A stretch of DNA of 64,000 nucleotides from Caecitellus pseudoparvulus (lineage: Eukaryota; Protista; Bigyra: Bicosoecida). Below, one piece after another: positions 1 to 9,964 of the stretch (position 1 is the first letter of the stretch; each line of letters opens with the position of its first letter). The notes beneath the pieces were generated by a model. That model ran no database searches. It was given only the letters and a program-made list of their open reading frames with translations, and had not been told where the DNA came from. The stretch is from positions 248,001-312,000 of the forward strand of contig CBFFRQ010000031.1 of NCBI GenBank assembly GCA_965644315.1, in the 5' to 3' direction. A program made the translations under genes and the position numbers.

Positions 1-3000
1 GCTCTGCACTTGTCTGCGCCAGACGAAGAGACCCGTGCACACTGGATTGAGCAGCTGCGGCAGGAGTCTGAGGGAGCCACTGCTCACGAAGGCGTCCTGC
101 AGAAGCGCATGGCGCTGAGGCCTCAGTGGAAAGACCGCTTTGTCCGCATTTCAGGCTCCTTGCTGCAGTACAAGACCAGGGCAGACAAGCGCCTTAAAGG
201 GACTCTCAGTCTCGTTGGGTGCACAGTCGCCCGAAAGTACGACTCTGCGTCGCCGGCTGCGACTGGGCCCTTTGCTTTCGACGTGACGGCTTCTCCCGCT
301 GCCGTCGTTGGCGACTCAGCTTCAAAAGGAGGGGGCAAGACTATCCAGCTCCGAACCAGCTCTTTTGAGGAAGCAGAGAGATGGATTCAGGTCATCGAAA
401 GCGTCGCTGTGAATGGCCATAAGCCAAGGCCACAACCCGTTGCCCAAGTCGCAAGCGTCGACTCATTGGCAAGCGAGCCTGAGACTGCCACATCTAGCCC
501 GTCGTCTGCATCGCTACCCGAGCCCTTGGCTGTGCCTGAGGCTGCACCAGCGCCAGCACCGAAACCAGCAGCCAAGCCTGAGGCTGCACCAGCGCCAGCA
601 CCGAAGCCAGCAGCCAAGCCTGAGGCTGCACCAGCGCCAGCACCGAAGCCAGCAGCCAAGCCTGAGGCTGCACCAGCGCCAGCACCGAAGCCGGTGGCCA
701 AGCCTGAGGCTGCACCAGCGCCAGCACCGAAGCCAGCAGCCAAGCCTGAGGCGGCACCAGCGCCAGCACCGAAGCCGGTGGCCAAGCCTGAGGCTGCTCC
801 AGCGCCAGCACCGAAGCCAGCAGCCAAGCCTGAGGCTGCACCAGCGCCAGCACCGAAGCCAGCAGCCAAGCCTGAGGCGGCACCAGCGCCAGCACCGAAG
901 CCAGCAGCCAAGCCTGAGGCTGCACCAGCGCCAGCACCGAAGCCGGTGGCCAAGCCTGAGGCTGCACCAGCGCCAGCACCGAAGCCGGTGGCCAAGCCTG
1001 AGGCTGCACCAGCGCCAGCACCGAAGCCGGTGGCCAAGCCTGAGGCTGCACCAGCGCCAGCACCGAAGCCGGTGGCCAAGCCTGAGGCTGCACCAGCGCC
1101 AGCACCGAAGCCGGTGGCCAAGCCTGAGGCGGCACCAGCCCCAGCACCGAAACCGGCAGCCAAGCCTGAGGCGGCACCAGCGCCAGCACCGAAGCCGGTG
1201 GCCAAGCCTGAGGCTGCTCCAGCCCCAGCACCGAAACCGGCAGCCAAGCCTGAGGCTGCACCAGCGCCAGCACCGAAGCCGGTGGCCAAGCTTGAGGCTG
1301 CACCAGCGCCAGCACCGAAGCCGGTGGCCAAGCTTGAGGCTGCACCAGCGCCAGCACCGAAGCCAGCAGCCAAGCCTGAGGCTGCACCAGCGCCAGCACC
1401 GAAGCCGGTGGCCAAGCCTGAGGCTGCACCAGCGCCAGCACCGGAGCCGGTGGCCAAGCCTGAGGCTGCACCAGCGCCAGCACCGGAGCCGGTGGCCAAG
1501 CCTGAGGCTGCACCAGCGCCAGCACCGGAGCCGGCGGCCAAGCCTGAGGCTGCACCAGCGCCAGCACCGGAGCCAGCAGCCAAGCCTGAGGCTGCTCCTG
1601 CGCCAGCACCGAAGCCGGTGGCCAAGCCTGAGGCTGCTCCTGCGCCAGCACCGGAGCCGGTGGCCAAGCCTGAGGCTGCTCCAGCGCCAGCACCGAAGCC
1701 GGTGGCCAAGCCTGAGGCGGCATCAGTGTCTGTGGCTGCATCCAGTGATCCTCCGCATGAACCGTTCAAGAGTTCTTCACCTGCACATGTGGCTGCAGCC
1801 TCTGGATCAGGTTCAAGCCCTGCCCAGCCGTCTGATTTTCCCAGCCCGAACCCTGGGGATTCACCAACATCTGGCACAAGAGGTGCAAGCCACTCACGCT
1901 CACAAGCTACCCAGCAGCTCAGCAGCCATGGGTCGAGTCTGAGTGTTGACTTGACAAAAGATGACTGCGACCCCAACTCTTCAAGTCGTCTCTGGCACAT
2001 GCCTTGGGGCGACGCGTTGCGGGAAAGCATGCGGCAGCGTGTGGCAGCTTACATCATCTCCACTCTCTCGCCAGAGGTGCTTGGGAATCTCACGTACGCT
2101 GTCAAGCTGAGGAAGCGACTCCCGCTCTTTGCCTCGAGCGTCGAGTGGTGCTTATACGCTGACGCGTCACAGTCTAGCATGGAGGCATACGCTGACATGG
2201 ACACGATGAAGGACCGAGTGCAAGCAGCATTGAAGGATAAGGAAGGGCTGAAAGCGGCGCAGGACTTAGTTATGGCCCACGTCATGTGGCCTCGCCAGTC
2301 ACGGGCTGCACGGAGGCAGGCCGCCCACTTGACACACACAGAGTGCAGCGTGAGCACCAGCGAAGGTCCCACGTCGGGACCAACGAGCAGTTCTGCGTAC
2401 AGCAGCTCAGCCAGTGGCGTGCAGCATGCTGCCCCTGGGGCCGACGCAATGCTCATGCAGGAGGCCAACGAAGATGCGATTTCTACCGCCCCCACAGACT
2501 ACGACGTCGGCGATAGTATTTCAGTGCTGCATGGGGTTGCGGGTAAGGCTGTGCCTCTTCCAGAAGGGGAAAGAGGGACCGCAGGGGACGTGATCAAGGG
2601 CGCTCCTGTTCCCACGGCCTCTCCCATCGGCACAGCTGCTGCAGAGTCGAGTGCGGGCGCTTCTGGGGCACCTCAAGACATCAGCGGCTGTGTGCGGCCA
2701 GGGCAAGGCGTGCGTTGGGGACTGGCGCCCCACCCTTGGGCAGAGCGCAATGTCCCACTGCTGCACTACCCAGCAGAGGATGCAGACTCAGTGCACATTC
2801 GAGTGGTGTTGACACGGCGCCCGCGTGACCCGCCAGACCTGCCAGCGCTGAACAAGTGGCAGGGCAGGCGCTGCGCTCTGACCGGAGTGAAGCAAACCAC
2901 TGGTTCGGTGGGGTTCCTCTCTGGGGAAGCGAGGGCTGTGTATTGCAACTACCTGGAGCTGCTCATCGCAGCTCCATCGTTTGGATCCGAGCGACGGATC

Positions 3001-3573
3001 GTGCCTTGGCGCCTCGTGCACTTGGGGGATGACACTCCACTCCCGGTGTGCCGGCAAGCTGCAGCATACATCGACACCATCTGGCACATGCCCGTACTGC
3101 AACTGTCGCGTGTGGCCCCCAAGGTCATGTCTCGCCAGGAGCAACTGCAGCGCATGCGGGAGCTGCGGTATAGGTTGGTGACCCTGCGCAAGCAAATGCG
3201 GGCCCTGGCAGTGATGGCTGCCTCCACTGGGCATGACCAAATGATGGGAGAGTCCGTCATCTCGGGAGGCGTTGGCTCTGCTCTCCCTGCAGACAGCTCA
3301 GCAGCTTTTGCTGGTGCTGAAGGTGAACTCCCCCCTGCAGCCCGGGACATGCTGCGGCTGCGGCTTGGTGAAGAACACCTGTACATGGCTGACACACCAG
3401 AGATGCTGGCACTGGCGCATTTCAAGGACGCTTGCGCGGGGCGGTTTGCCTCGATGCTTGCGAGTGCTGTTGCGGCTGCGGAGTCGTACGTGGCCACCCG
3501 CCTGGCCGCCAGATCTCGCCGGCGGGACCGCGATCAAGACAGCACAGTGACTGGCACCACGGGTGCGCGATGA
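1..3573 (+). CDS. PH-domain protein with Pro/Ala repeat linker, KIX-like helical segment and C-terminal Rubicon-homology (DUF4206)-like domain; PLEKHM1/Rubicon-like; 5'-partial
   Basis: PH signature HEGVLQKR...WKDRFVRISGSLLQY...LRTSSFEEAERWIQVI. The first residues (SAPDEETRAHWIEQL) look like the end of another PH domain, so the gene starts upstream of the window. The C-terminal IVPWRLVHLGDDTPLPVCRQAAAYIDTIWHMPVLQL...LQRMRELRYRL resembles the RH domain. Confidence 0.7.
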   Translation, partial: ALHLSAPDEETRAHWIEQLRQESEGATAHEGVLQKRMALRPQWKDRFVRISGSLLQYKTRADKRLKGTLSLVGCTVARKYDSASPAATGPFAFDVTASPAAVVGDSASKGGGKTIQLRTSSFEEAERWIQVIESVAVNGHKPRPQPVAQVASVDSLASEPETATSSPSSASLPEPLAVPEAAPAPAPKPAAKPEAAPAPAPKPAAKPEAAPAPAPKPAAKPEAAPAPAPKPVAKPEAAPAPAPKPAAKPEAAPAPAPKPVAKPEAAPAPAPKPAAKPEAAPAPAPKPAAKPEAAPAPAPKPAAKPEAAPAPAPKPVAKPEAAPAPAPKPVAKPEAAPAPAPKPVAKPEAAPAPAPKPVAKPEAAPAPAPKPVAKPEAAPAPAPKPAAKPEAAPAPAPKPVAKPEAAPAPAPKPAAKPEAAPAPAPKPVAKLEAAPAPAPKPVAKLEAAPAPAPKPAAKPEAAPAPAPKPVAKPEAAPAPAPEPVAKPEAAPAPAPEPVAKPEAAPAPAPEPAAKPEAAPAPAPEPAAKPEAAPAPAPKPVAKPEAAPAPAPEPVAKPEAAPAPAPKPVAKPEAASVSVAASSDPPHEPFKSSSPAHVAAASGSGSSPAQPSDFPSPNPGDSPTSGTRGASHSRSQATQQLSSHGSSLSVDLTKDDCDPNSSSRLWHMPWGDALRESMRQRVAAYIISTLSPEVLGNLTYAVKLRKRLPLFASSVEWCLYADASQSSMEAYADMDTMKDRVQAALKDKEGLKAAQDLVMAHVMWPRQSRAARRQAAHLTHTECSVSTSEGPTSGPTSSSAYSSSASGVQHAAPGADAMLMQEANEDAISTAPTDYDVGDSISVLHGVAGKAVPLPEGERGTAGDVIKGAPVPTASPIGTAAAESSAGASGAPQDISGCVRPGQGVRWGLAPHPWAERNVPLLHYPAEDADSVHIRVVLTRRPRDPPDLPALNKWQGRRCALTGVKQTTGSVGFLSGEARAVYCNYLELLIAAPSFGSERRIVPWRLVHLGDDTPLPVCRQAAAYIDTIWHMPVLQLSRVAPKVMSRQEQLQRMRELRYRLVTLRKQMRALAVMAASTGHDQMMGESVISGGVGSALPADSSAAFAGAEGELPPAARDMLRLRLGEEHLYMADTPEMLALAHFKDACAGRFASMLASAVAAAESYVATRLAARSRRRDRDQDSTVTGTTGAR
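535..1722 (+). repeat. Coding minisatellite: 28 full copies (+12 nt) of a 42-bp unit encoding PEAAPAPAP(K/E)P(A/V)AK
   Basis: Unit cctgaggctgcaccagcgccagcaccgaagccggtggccaag, phased at 535, 577, 619, 661 ... 1669, 1711. Confidence 0.97.
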
Positions 3574-3680
3574 GTCACTTGCGGTGGATTGTCAGCCTGT
3601 GCGCCCGGCTGATCCTGCTCAATACTGAATTCACGCATTGCATTTCCCATGGTGAGCGTGCACCTTCTGGGCCGGAGTTC

Positions 3681-5288
3681 CTAATCTTGGGTGCCCGTCG
3701 TGGAGCCATCCCAGTCCACCTCGGTCTGTGAAGGGGGCTCTGTGGTCTCGCTCGCTTCGGTCGCATCAGTCGCTGGCTCGTCAAAGCTGGCTTCTTCCAC
3801 CTCTGAGTCCGCAGCGTCATCCTCCGGTCCCGCGATAGCAGGCAGTCTCTCGCCAGCTTGCACTTGTTTCTGCATCGCTGCTTTGTTCTTTGCTTTGATC
3901 TTTGCAATGTCGTGCGCGTAGATGTCGTAGAAGCGCTGGGGCACTGGGTCTGGCTGCATGCCTGTGTTCAGCACGTTCAGGCAGTCACCTGTGTCGTCTT
4001 CGTACGTTTCACACTCCTTACCGCCTTGAATCGGTTCATAGTACATGCAGCGAAAGCCAATGTCATTCTGCCTCCAATCATCCAGCAGTGGGCGGCGGGA
4101 GCCGATGCGGTGCATGCTGTCCGAGTTGCGGTGGCTGGCGAACCCTCCTCCCTTCGCAATCGGCTCACCCTTCAGAGACATGCTGCGGGGGAGCTTCAAG
4201 ACGTCCTCTTCCAAAATGATGTCTGACCCTTCCCCGCCGGGCATGGGGATGCCCATTGCCTTTGCCTGGGCTACTTGCTGCAGCGAAGTCAGGCACGTGT
4301 ACGGAAGAGGCGGTCGGCGCAGGTGAAGGCTGGAGATGTTGCAAGCAACGTCAAAGATCCATTCATTCACGTTGCCCACAATGTTGTAAAGTCCGTACAT
4401 GTTCTGGGGGCCGTACGCTGAAATGGGTGCGACGTTTGTGAATCCATCCAGCCCCTTGTCCCTTGTCGGCCACGAGCCTTGCCACAGGTTGCCTCGGAAG
4501 GCTCCCTCGTGCTTCGTCTTGTTGCCCCAGGGCAGCGACGCGTCCTGGAACTTGCCATGGGCTGCTGCTTCAAACTCCTCCTCAGTTGGCAGCACGCCCC
4601 CTGCCCACTTGCAGTACTCGTTCGCCTCCGCCTTAGTCACATGCCGCACCGGGAAGTGGCGCTGGCCCCCCAGCGCAAGGCCACGAGGAGTCATACACTC
4701 CTTCACTGCCTGCACGTCGATCCCCAGCGGGTCAACTGCAACCTCCACGGCTGCATCGCACTCTGGGTGCTTCGGGTGCGGTGCCCCCACTGGCCACGCG
4801 CCTTCCGGCTTCCACCATGACGCGTTGCTGATCATTTGCACGGCGTCCGCGCGCTTGCCCGTGAAGTCTCCAGACGGCAAGAAAAGAGATGCAATCTGCT
4901 CGGGTACTTTAGACCTGGGCACGCTTTGCACGTGTGCTAGGCTGCGCTGCTCAATGTCTGCCTCAGTTGACCCGCCCACGTCAGCCACGAACTCCGCAAA
5001 CCGTCCCACTGACACCTCGTACGCGTCCATCCACGTGTCGCGGGCAGGGTAGATGTACACCGTCGCGCCTCCACCTCCATACGCATTTCGCTGATACTGG
5101 GACTCCCCGGCTTCACCGTACAGGCGCAGGTGTTCAGGAATGAAGACACGTTTGTGATGCCACGCAGGGGCTTTCAGCTTCAGCGCCTCCTCAAACTGCG
5201 CTTGCTCCTCCTCAGAAGGAGTAGCACTCACTGCCCCAAAGCAGGCAAGCGCGCTGGCCACAGCAAGCATAAACTGAGTCGTTTTCAT
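3681..5288 (-). CDS. Secreted/ER formylglycine-generating-enzyme (FGE-sulfatase/SUMF) family protein, probably catalytically inactive
   Basis: Signal peptide MKTTQFMLAVASALACFGAVSA; motifs YCKWAGGVLPTEEEFEAAA, GLYNIVGNVNEW, KGGGF...NDIGFRC. Confidence 0.85.
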   Translation of the reverse strand: MKTTQFMLAVASALACFGAVSATPSEEEQAQFEEALKLKAPAWHHKRVFIPEHLRLYGEAGESQYQRNAYGGGGATVYIYPARDTWMDAYEVSVGRFAEFVADVGGSTEADIEQRSLAHVQSVPRSKVPEQIASLFLPSGDFTGKRADAVQMISNASWWKPEGAWPVGAPHPKHPECDAAVEVAVDPLGIDVQAVKECMTPRGLALGGQRHFPVRHVTKAEANEYCKWAGGVLPTEEEFEAAAHGKFQDASLPWGNKTKHEGAFRGNLWQGSWPTRDKGLDGFTNVAPISAYGPQNMYGLYNIVGNVNEWIFDVACNISSLHLRRPPLPYTCLTSLQQVAQAKAMGIPMPGGEGSDIILEEDVLKLPRSMSLKGEPIAKGGGFASHRNSDSMHRIGSRRPLLDDWRQNDIGFRCMYYEPIQGGKECETYEDDTGDCLNVLNTGMQPDPVPQRFYDIYAHDIAKIKAKNKAAMQKQVQAGERLPAIAGPEDDAADSEVEEASFDEPATDATEASETTEPPSQTEVDWDGSTTGTQD

Positions 5289-5454
5289 CGTGCTTTAAAT
5301 GTCTGCCTTTGCAGAGGACCCGCTGCTCGGGTGTGTGAATAGGGAAGCTGCGGAAACTGAAGCCCTTCCTTTCACCACCTGTCAAGCCTGCTCTTAACAG
5401 CGGAAACATAAATCGCCCCGTGCAAAGGCGGCGGGAAGCAAGAACAAGATTCTT

Positions 5455-5775
5455 TTACCTTGATGAGAGAACTTGGTGGCGGGAGTTTTGGAGACTTGCT
5501 CGGAATGTGCAAACTGGGTGACCTGGTGTGGCAAGGAGCGCATCAGGAGCCATCATCGGCAAAACAGGTATGCGAAATGACATGCACACGACAGCATCAA
5601 AGCTCAAGTGCTGTCTAACATAAAGGATTTCAGGCTTCGAGGCGTGGTCGACCAGTCTCTTGGGGAGAAAGCATGAGCCTCAGTATCATGGCGGCGCTCG
5701 ACGAAGCCCACCACCCCCTCCTCACACAAGGAAGAAATCCAGACCTGCATGCATCAATAGTCTGCTTGCATGAAG
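5455..5775 (+). pseudogene. Possible decayed protein-kinase N-lobe fragment
   Basis: FTLMRELGGGSFGD (GxGxFG-like) and later HE/LSIMAALDEAHHP...IVCLHE, separated by stops and frameshifts. Confidence 0.25.
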
Positions 5776-6185
5776 GTACACTGAAAGGGTGTTCGGTACT
5801 TTTCAGCAGGCTGCTGCAAGTGTGGATTGGTGAGGCAACGAGGGTCGATCTGCTTGTAGGGCCGCCAAACATGCAGGCCAGCTGTCGAACACTGAGGGTG
5901 AGAGTAGCATCACAGGCCATGCTACGGGTAGGCCTGGCGTGCATGCTTCCGTGCACTCCGCGCTCAGTACAGGACTTGTGCCGGGGGCTCCGTGCGGTTG
6001 TCGGCGCTGGCAGAGCACTGGTTTTCCGGCATTGTCTCCACTTCCAAATTGACAGGCACAAACGCGCATGTATTTTCAATTGCTAAACTTCAGTCCATTC
6101 AGCCCCTGGCTCTGCTGCTCGAGTACAGCCTTGAAGGAAGGGCACGTGCAGTCAATACGAAGCGGGCCAGTCCGATCCATGCACA

Positions 6186-8435
6186 ATGGCGGAGGCGGCT
6201 CTGGCAAGTCTCACCGTCGGTGTCCCGCTCTCCAAGCGTGACAAGACAAAGAAATCAAGAGGAACTAGTGTGTGACGAGAGGCCTACTTTCTTTCCTTCT
6301 GCTTTGCGGCAAGATCGTGTCCCCCCCGTCCCAGAACGTGTAGCAATTTCCGCACCCGCCGCTGGACTGGACTTCTTTGGAGCTGCCTTCAAGAAGGAAG
6401 ACAGCAAGAGGCGGAAGAAAAAGTGCGTTTGTGTTGAGCATGGAGGCTATTGTCCGCAACCACTTTGCATTCCGCCATTTCTACCTGCTGCAGGCGCCGT
6501 CGCAAGGAGCAAAGGCTTACTGAAGATGAGCTGGCAGAGCAGCAGGGTCACGCCACAGATGAGGCCGCCGCCGCTGACGCAGAGGCGGAAGTAGACCCTA
6601 CCCAACTCTTCAGCGCTTCGTCGAGAAGGTCTACGGGGGTCATCGCTCCGGGGAGCGCGCACAGCGGCATAGCTGTGGGCGCAGGCGCCGCAGCCAATGG
6701 CGCTGCACCAGACGAGCATGCGTTGCTGCGGGAGCGCGTGGGCATTCGCACGTTTGGCTCGGCAGTGCCGCCACCCATGTCAAGTTTTGAAACGTTGCCG
6801 ACTGCCACACCTTGGCTGACTTCCCTTTTCCGTGCCTGTGGTGGCAGTGGCGACGTGCCGCTGCAGCACCCGCACTCTGCACTGCGGCGCAACATCGAAG
6901 CAGGACGCTGGAAGGAGCCCATGCCCATCCAGATGCAGGTGATGCCACTGCTAGTGCAGGGCCGGGATGGCCTTGCCTCGGCACCCACTGGGTCAGGCAA
7001 GACAGGCGCCTTCATGGTGCCGGTCATTCTGGCGGCAGCCGCATGCCGGGCAGGAGCCCACGCTCTGCGCGGCAGCAGCGCCACCCCCGCCACATCTCAC
7101 CAGCGCACCGTTGCTGCTCTGCCTTCTGAGCACTGTCCCCGCGTGCTGGTGCTGGCGCCCACCATGGAGCTGGCAGGCCAGCTGGCAGAGGAGGGCGAGC
7201 GCCTGGCCGCTGGCACGGGCGTGAGGGTGACACGCCTCACGCGCGGCAAGGTTGCCGGGGCGTATGGAGCCTGGCGCCCCGTGGAGCAGGCGCTGGGCAT
7301 CGCAGAGGATGCGCCGGTCGCTGCGCCACAGCCCCTGCCGGAAGGAGCCGACAAGGCCGCCAAGGCGGCGGCGTACGAAGCCCGAGTGGAAGCCTCGTAT
7401 GCCAAGACACGGCTGCCCTTCGCGGACATCGTCGTGACGACACCCCAGCGCCTGCTGTGGGTGCTGGAGGCGTGCCCTGACCCCGTGCGGCAGGCCATGC
7501 TCGGCGGCCTGGTCAGCGTCGTGCTGGATGAGTGCGATCAGCTCCTGCTGAACCCCCAGCTGCGGCAGCAAGTGGACGGTGTGCTGGGGTTCCTGCCCAG
7601 CACTGATGCGGAGGGGGCCCTGCCCACCCAGCGTGTCCTCGTGTCGGCCACCATCCCCTCCAGCGTCCTGGACCTGTCGGTGGCGCTGCTGCGGGATGCC
7701 GTGTCCGTGCAGATCGGCAGGCAGCACGTGACGTCCGCCAACGTTGCACAGCGCCTGCTGTTCGTGGGTCGTGAAGAAGGCAAGCTGCTGGAGATGAAGC
7801 AAATGGCTGCGCGGGGCTTCAAGCCGCCCGTGCTGGTGTTCGTGCAGAGCAAGGAGCGTGTGGGGCAGTTGGTGGAGGAGCTGGGCGCCATCCACCCAGC
7901 CTCGCGAGTGGCTGGCATCCACTCCTCCATGGCCGCGCGCAAGCGTGAGACGGCCATCGCAGAGTTCCGGGCGGGGTCTGTGTGGATCCTGGTCACCACT
8001 GAGCTGCTGGGGCGGGGCCTGGACTTCAAAGGCGTCAACACCGTCATCAACTACGACTTCCCCCAGACTGGCGTGTCGTACCTGCACCGGGTGGGGCGTG
8101 TGGGGCGCGGCACGCGCAAGGGAACCGCCATCACCTTCTTCACGGAGGCAGACATCCCCATGCTGCGCACCATCGCCAACGTCATGCGGCACTCAGGGTG
8201 TGACATCCCCGAGTGGATGCTGCAGATCAAGCAGCCAAGCCGCAAGCAGCGCAAACAGCGCGCTGCAAGGCCGCTCCAGCGCCGCCCCATCAGCACCACG
8301 CTCATCTATGAGCGCAAGCTGGCGCGGGAGGCCAAGGCAGCAGCCGCAGCTGCGGCAGCAGCGCCGCAGTCGGAGCAGGAGGATGACGGGGGAGGCTGGC
8401 AGCCGGCGGCAGTGCACAACGCCGAGGATGAGTGA
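6186..8435 (+). CDS. DDX52: DEAD-box RNA helicase DDX52/ROK1-like (introns 6268-6334, 6423-6493)
   Basis: APTGSGKT, PTMELA, TPQRL, DECD, SAT, LGRGLDFKGVNTVINYDFP, HRVGRVGR. PPVLVFVQSKER and LRTIANVMRHSGCDIPEWML are ROK1-typical. Splicing from ATG 6186 keeps the frame. Confidence 0.88.
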
Positions 8436-8442
8436 ATGCATT
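8435..8442. promoter_or_regulatory. AATGCATT palindrome, candidate bidirectional 3'-end signal (DDX52/LSM7)
   Basis: Overlaps the DDX52 TGA and lies downstream of LSM7 on the minus strand; the same hexamer follows 16 genes. Confidence 0.55.
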
Positions 8443-8576
8443 GGGGAAGCGAGCAGAGCGACACGAGGGCTGAGTGCTGGGTCTCTGCTTCTGTGCACAG
8501 GTTGGGTGCAGGCAGCACCTTGCCGTGGCGCAGTTCACGAGGAGTGGCGAGGGAAGGCATGCGGCAGGCCGGCGCG

Positions 8577-9104
8577 TCAGTCCTCCCCTTCCAGCTCGGC
8601 CGCCTCCGTTTGAACGAAGGGGTTTGAGATCTCCTCTGTGCCATCCTCGGGGCACACCAGCATGACGCTCGTGCCTCGGCACACCAGCAAGCCCAGCTCC
8701 CGCGTTGCGTCCGTCAAGATGGACGCATCCTCCGCGTCTGTGCACGGGCCACGAGGCGAGTGCATGCCAGCCGGCCCGCATGCGCTGCTGCCGAGACTTA
8801 CCACGCAAGAACTCCACGGCATCATCCAACACAATGTTTACGAGTTGATCGTACCCCTTCAATGTGCCCACGACTGCAAACAGTGCAGTGCAGCGGGCCT
8901 GCAGCGTGGCCCACCTTGCGGAATTGGGGCCGTTCACACACCTTCCCTGCCACCGGTGAACTTGACGCGCACCTTCTTGTCCATGTGCTCCTTCAAGTTC
9001 AAGATGCCATCTTTGCGATGCCGAGAAGCCTGTGAACGGACCCTCCACCCGTGCAGAGCAGGGAAGGGAGCTCTGCTTGCCGTGGGCACCTCAGCACGCA
9101 CCAT
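8577..9104 (-). CDS. LSM7: U6 snRNA-associated Sm-like protein LSm7 (3 introns; first coding exon is ATG only)
   Basis: Spliced product M|ASRHRKDGILNLKEHMDKKVRVKFTGGRE|VVGTLKGYDQLVNIVLDDAVEFLR|DAEDASILTDATRELGLLVCRGTSVMLVCPEDGTEEISNPF. Confidence 0.93.
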
Positions 9105-9475
9105 TCTTGTCCGATCGCACTGAGAAGACTGTGAAACGCCCGGTGACCTCGTCGAGGAAAAAGCTGGTGGGGTTCGCTTGTCGTGGCTGCACAAGTACAG
9201 CAAGGGCCGGCGCTAAAAAGAGGACGGGCTGTTGATTGAGCGCAAAAGTGTTGCCTCTCTCACAGTGCACTACTGGGCGGAGCAACTCCCGAAGCTAACA
9301 CAAAAACATCTAGCAGAATCCCCTTCGCGCCCTACCTCACAAGCTGAGCTTCTTGTCAAGTGTATGCAGCGAATCTCACCTTCGCCAGCACCGGCGTTTC
9401 AGCAGCGTTTCCAACCCCACCACGCCCAAGCTAATCGGGCAGCAAAGCCGAGCCAGAATCCCATCGGAATAGAGG

Positions 9476-9964
9476 ATGCTGAGCCGAGCCATCTCACTTT
9501 CTTTGGTTGCCGCGAGGCCCTTGCAGGTGGCGCCCTGGGCACGGCAAGGCAGCTTGCGCTTCGCGGCTGCTGAGCAGGCGTGGCTGGCGCCAGCCCGCTG
9601 CATGAGCAAAGCCGCTGAGGTTGTGGTGAAGACGCACAGCACGTACTGCGAGGGACTGATCCCCTTCCTGGACGCACTGTCCAAGATGCCAGGCATGCAG
9701 CGCATCATTCCTGGTCGCCTGTCCACTGCACGCGGCAGCGTGGAGCACCTGGAGCTGACTGTGCAGACTGCCACAGACAAGGGCTGGAAGTGCACCGCAC
9801 GCCGCGGGACGCAGGTGCAGGAGGTGTTCATCATCACGGAGCTGACAGCTGCAGAGGTGGAGAGTGCCATCGAGGGCACTCATGCACTGCAGGAGAAGAA
9901 GACCACGTGGCGCACACGCGAGGCACAGAAGGAGGCAGGGCAGACTCTGAAATCCACAACTTGA
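9476..9964 (+). CDS. DUF2103-family protein with putative mitochondrial presequence
   Basis: HSTYCEGLIPFLDAL...IIPGRL...LELTVQTATDKGWKCTARRGTQVQEVFIITEL resembles DUF2103 as recalled. The N-terminus is Arg/Ser/Ala-rich and acid-poor. Confidence 0.7.
   Translation: MLSRAISLSLVAARPLQVAPWARQGSLRFAAAEQAWLAPARCMSKAAEVVVKTHSTYCEGLIPFLDALSKMPGMQRIIPGRLSTARGSVEHLELTVQTATDKGWKCTARRGTQVQEVFIITELTAAEVESAIEGTHALQEKKTTWRTREAQKEAGQTLKSTT

Noticed and set aside
535-1722. Regular repeat array as a CRISPR array, and the long overlapping ORFs 387-2030(-), 413-1942(+) and 494-1741(-)
   Set aside because: Units are contiguous with no unique spacers and lie in frame in a eukaryotic CDS. The alternative ORFs are open only because the 42-bp unit lacks stops in those frames.
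5461-5467. TGATGA as a C/D snoRNA box C
   Set aside because: No suitably placed CTGA box D with a terminal stem was found.
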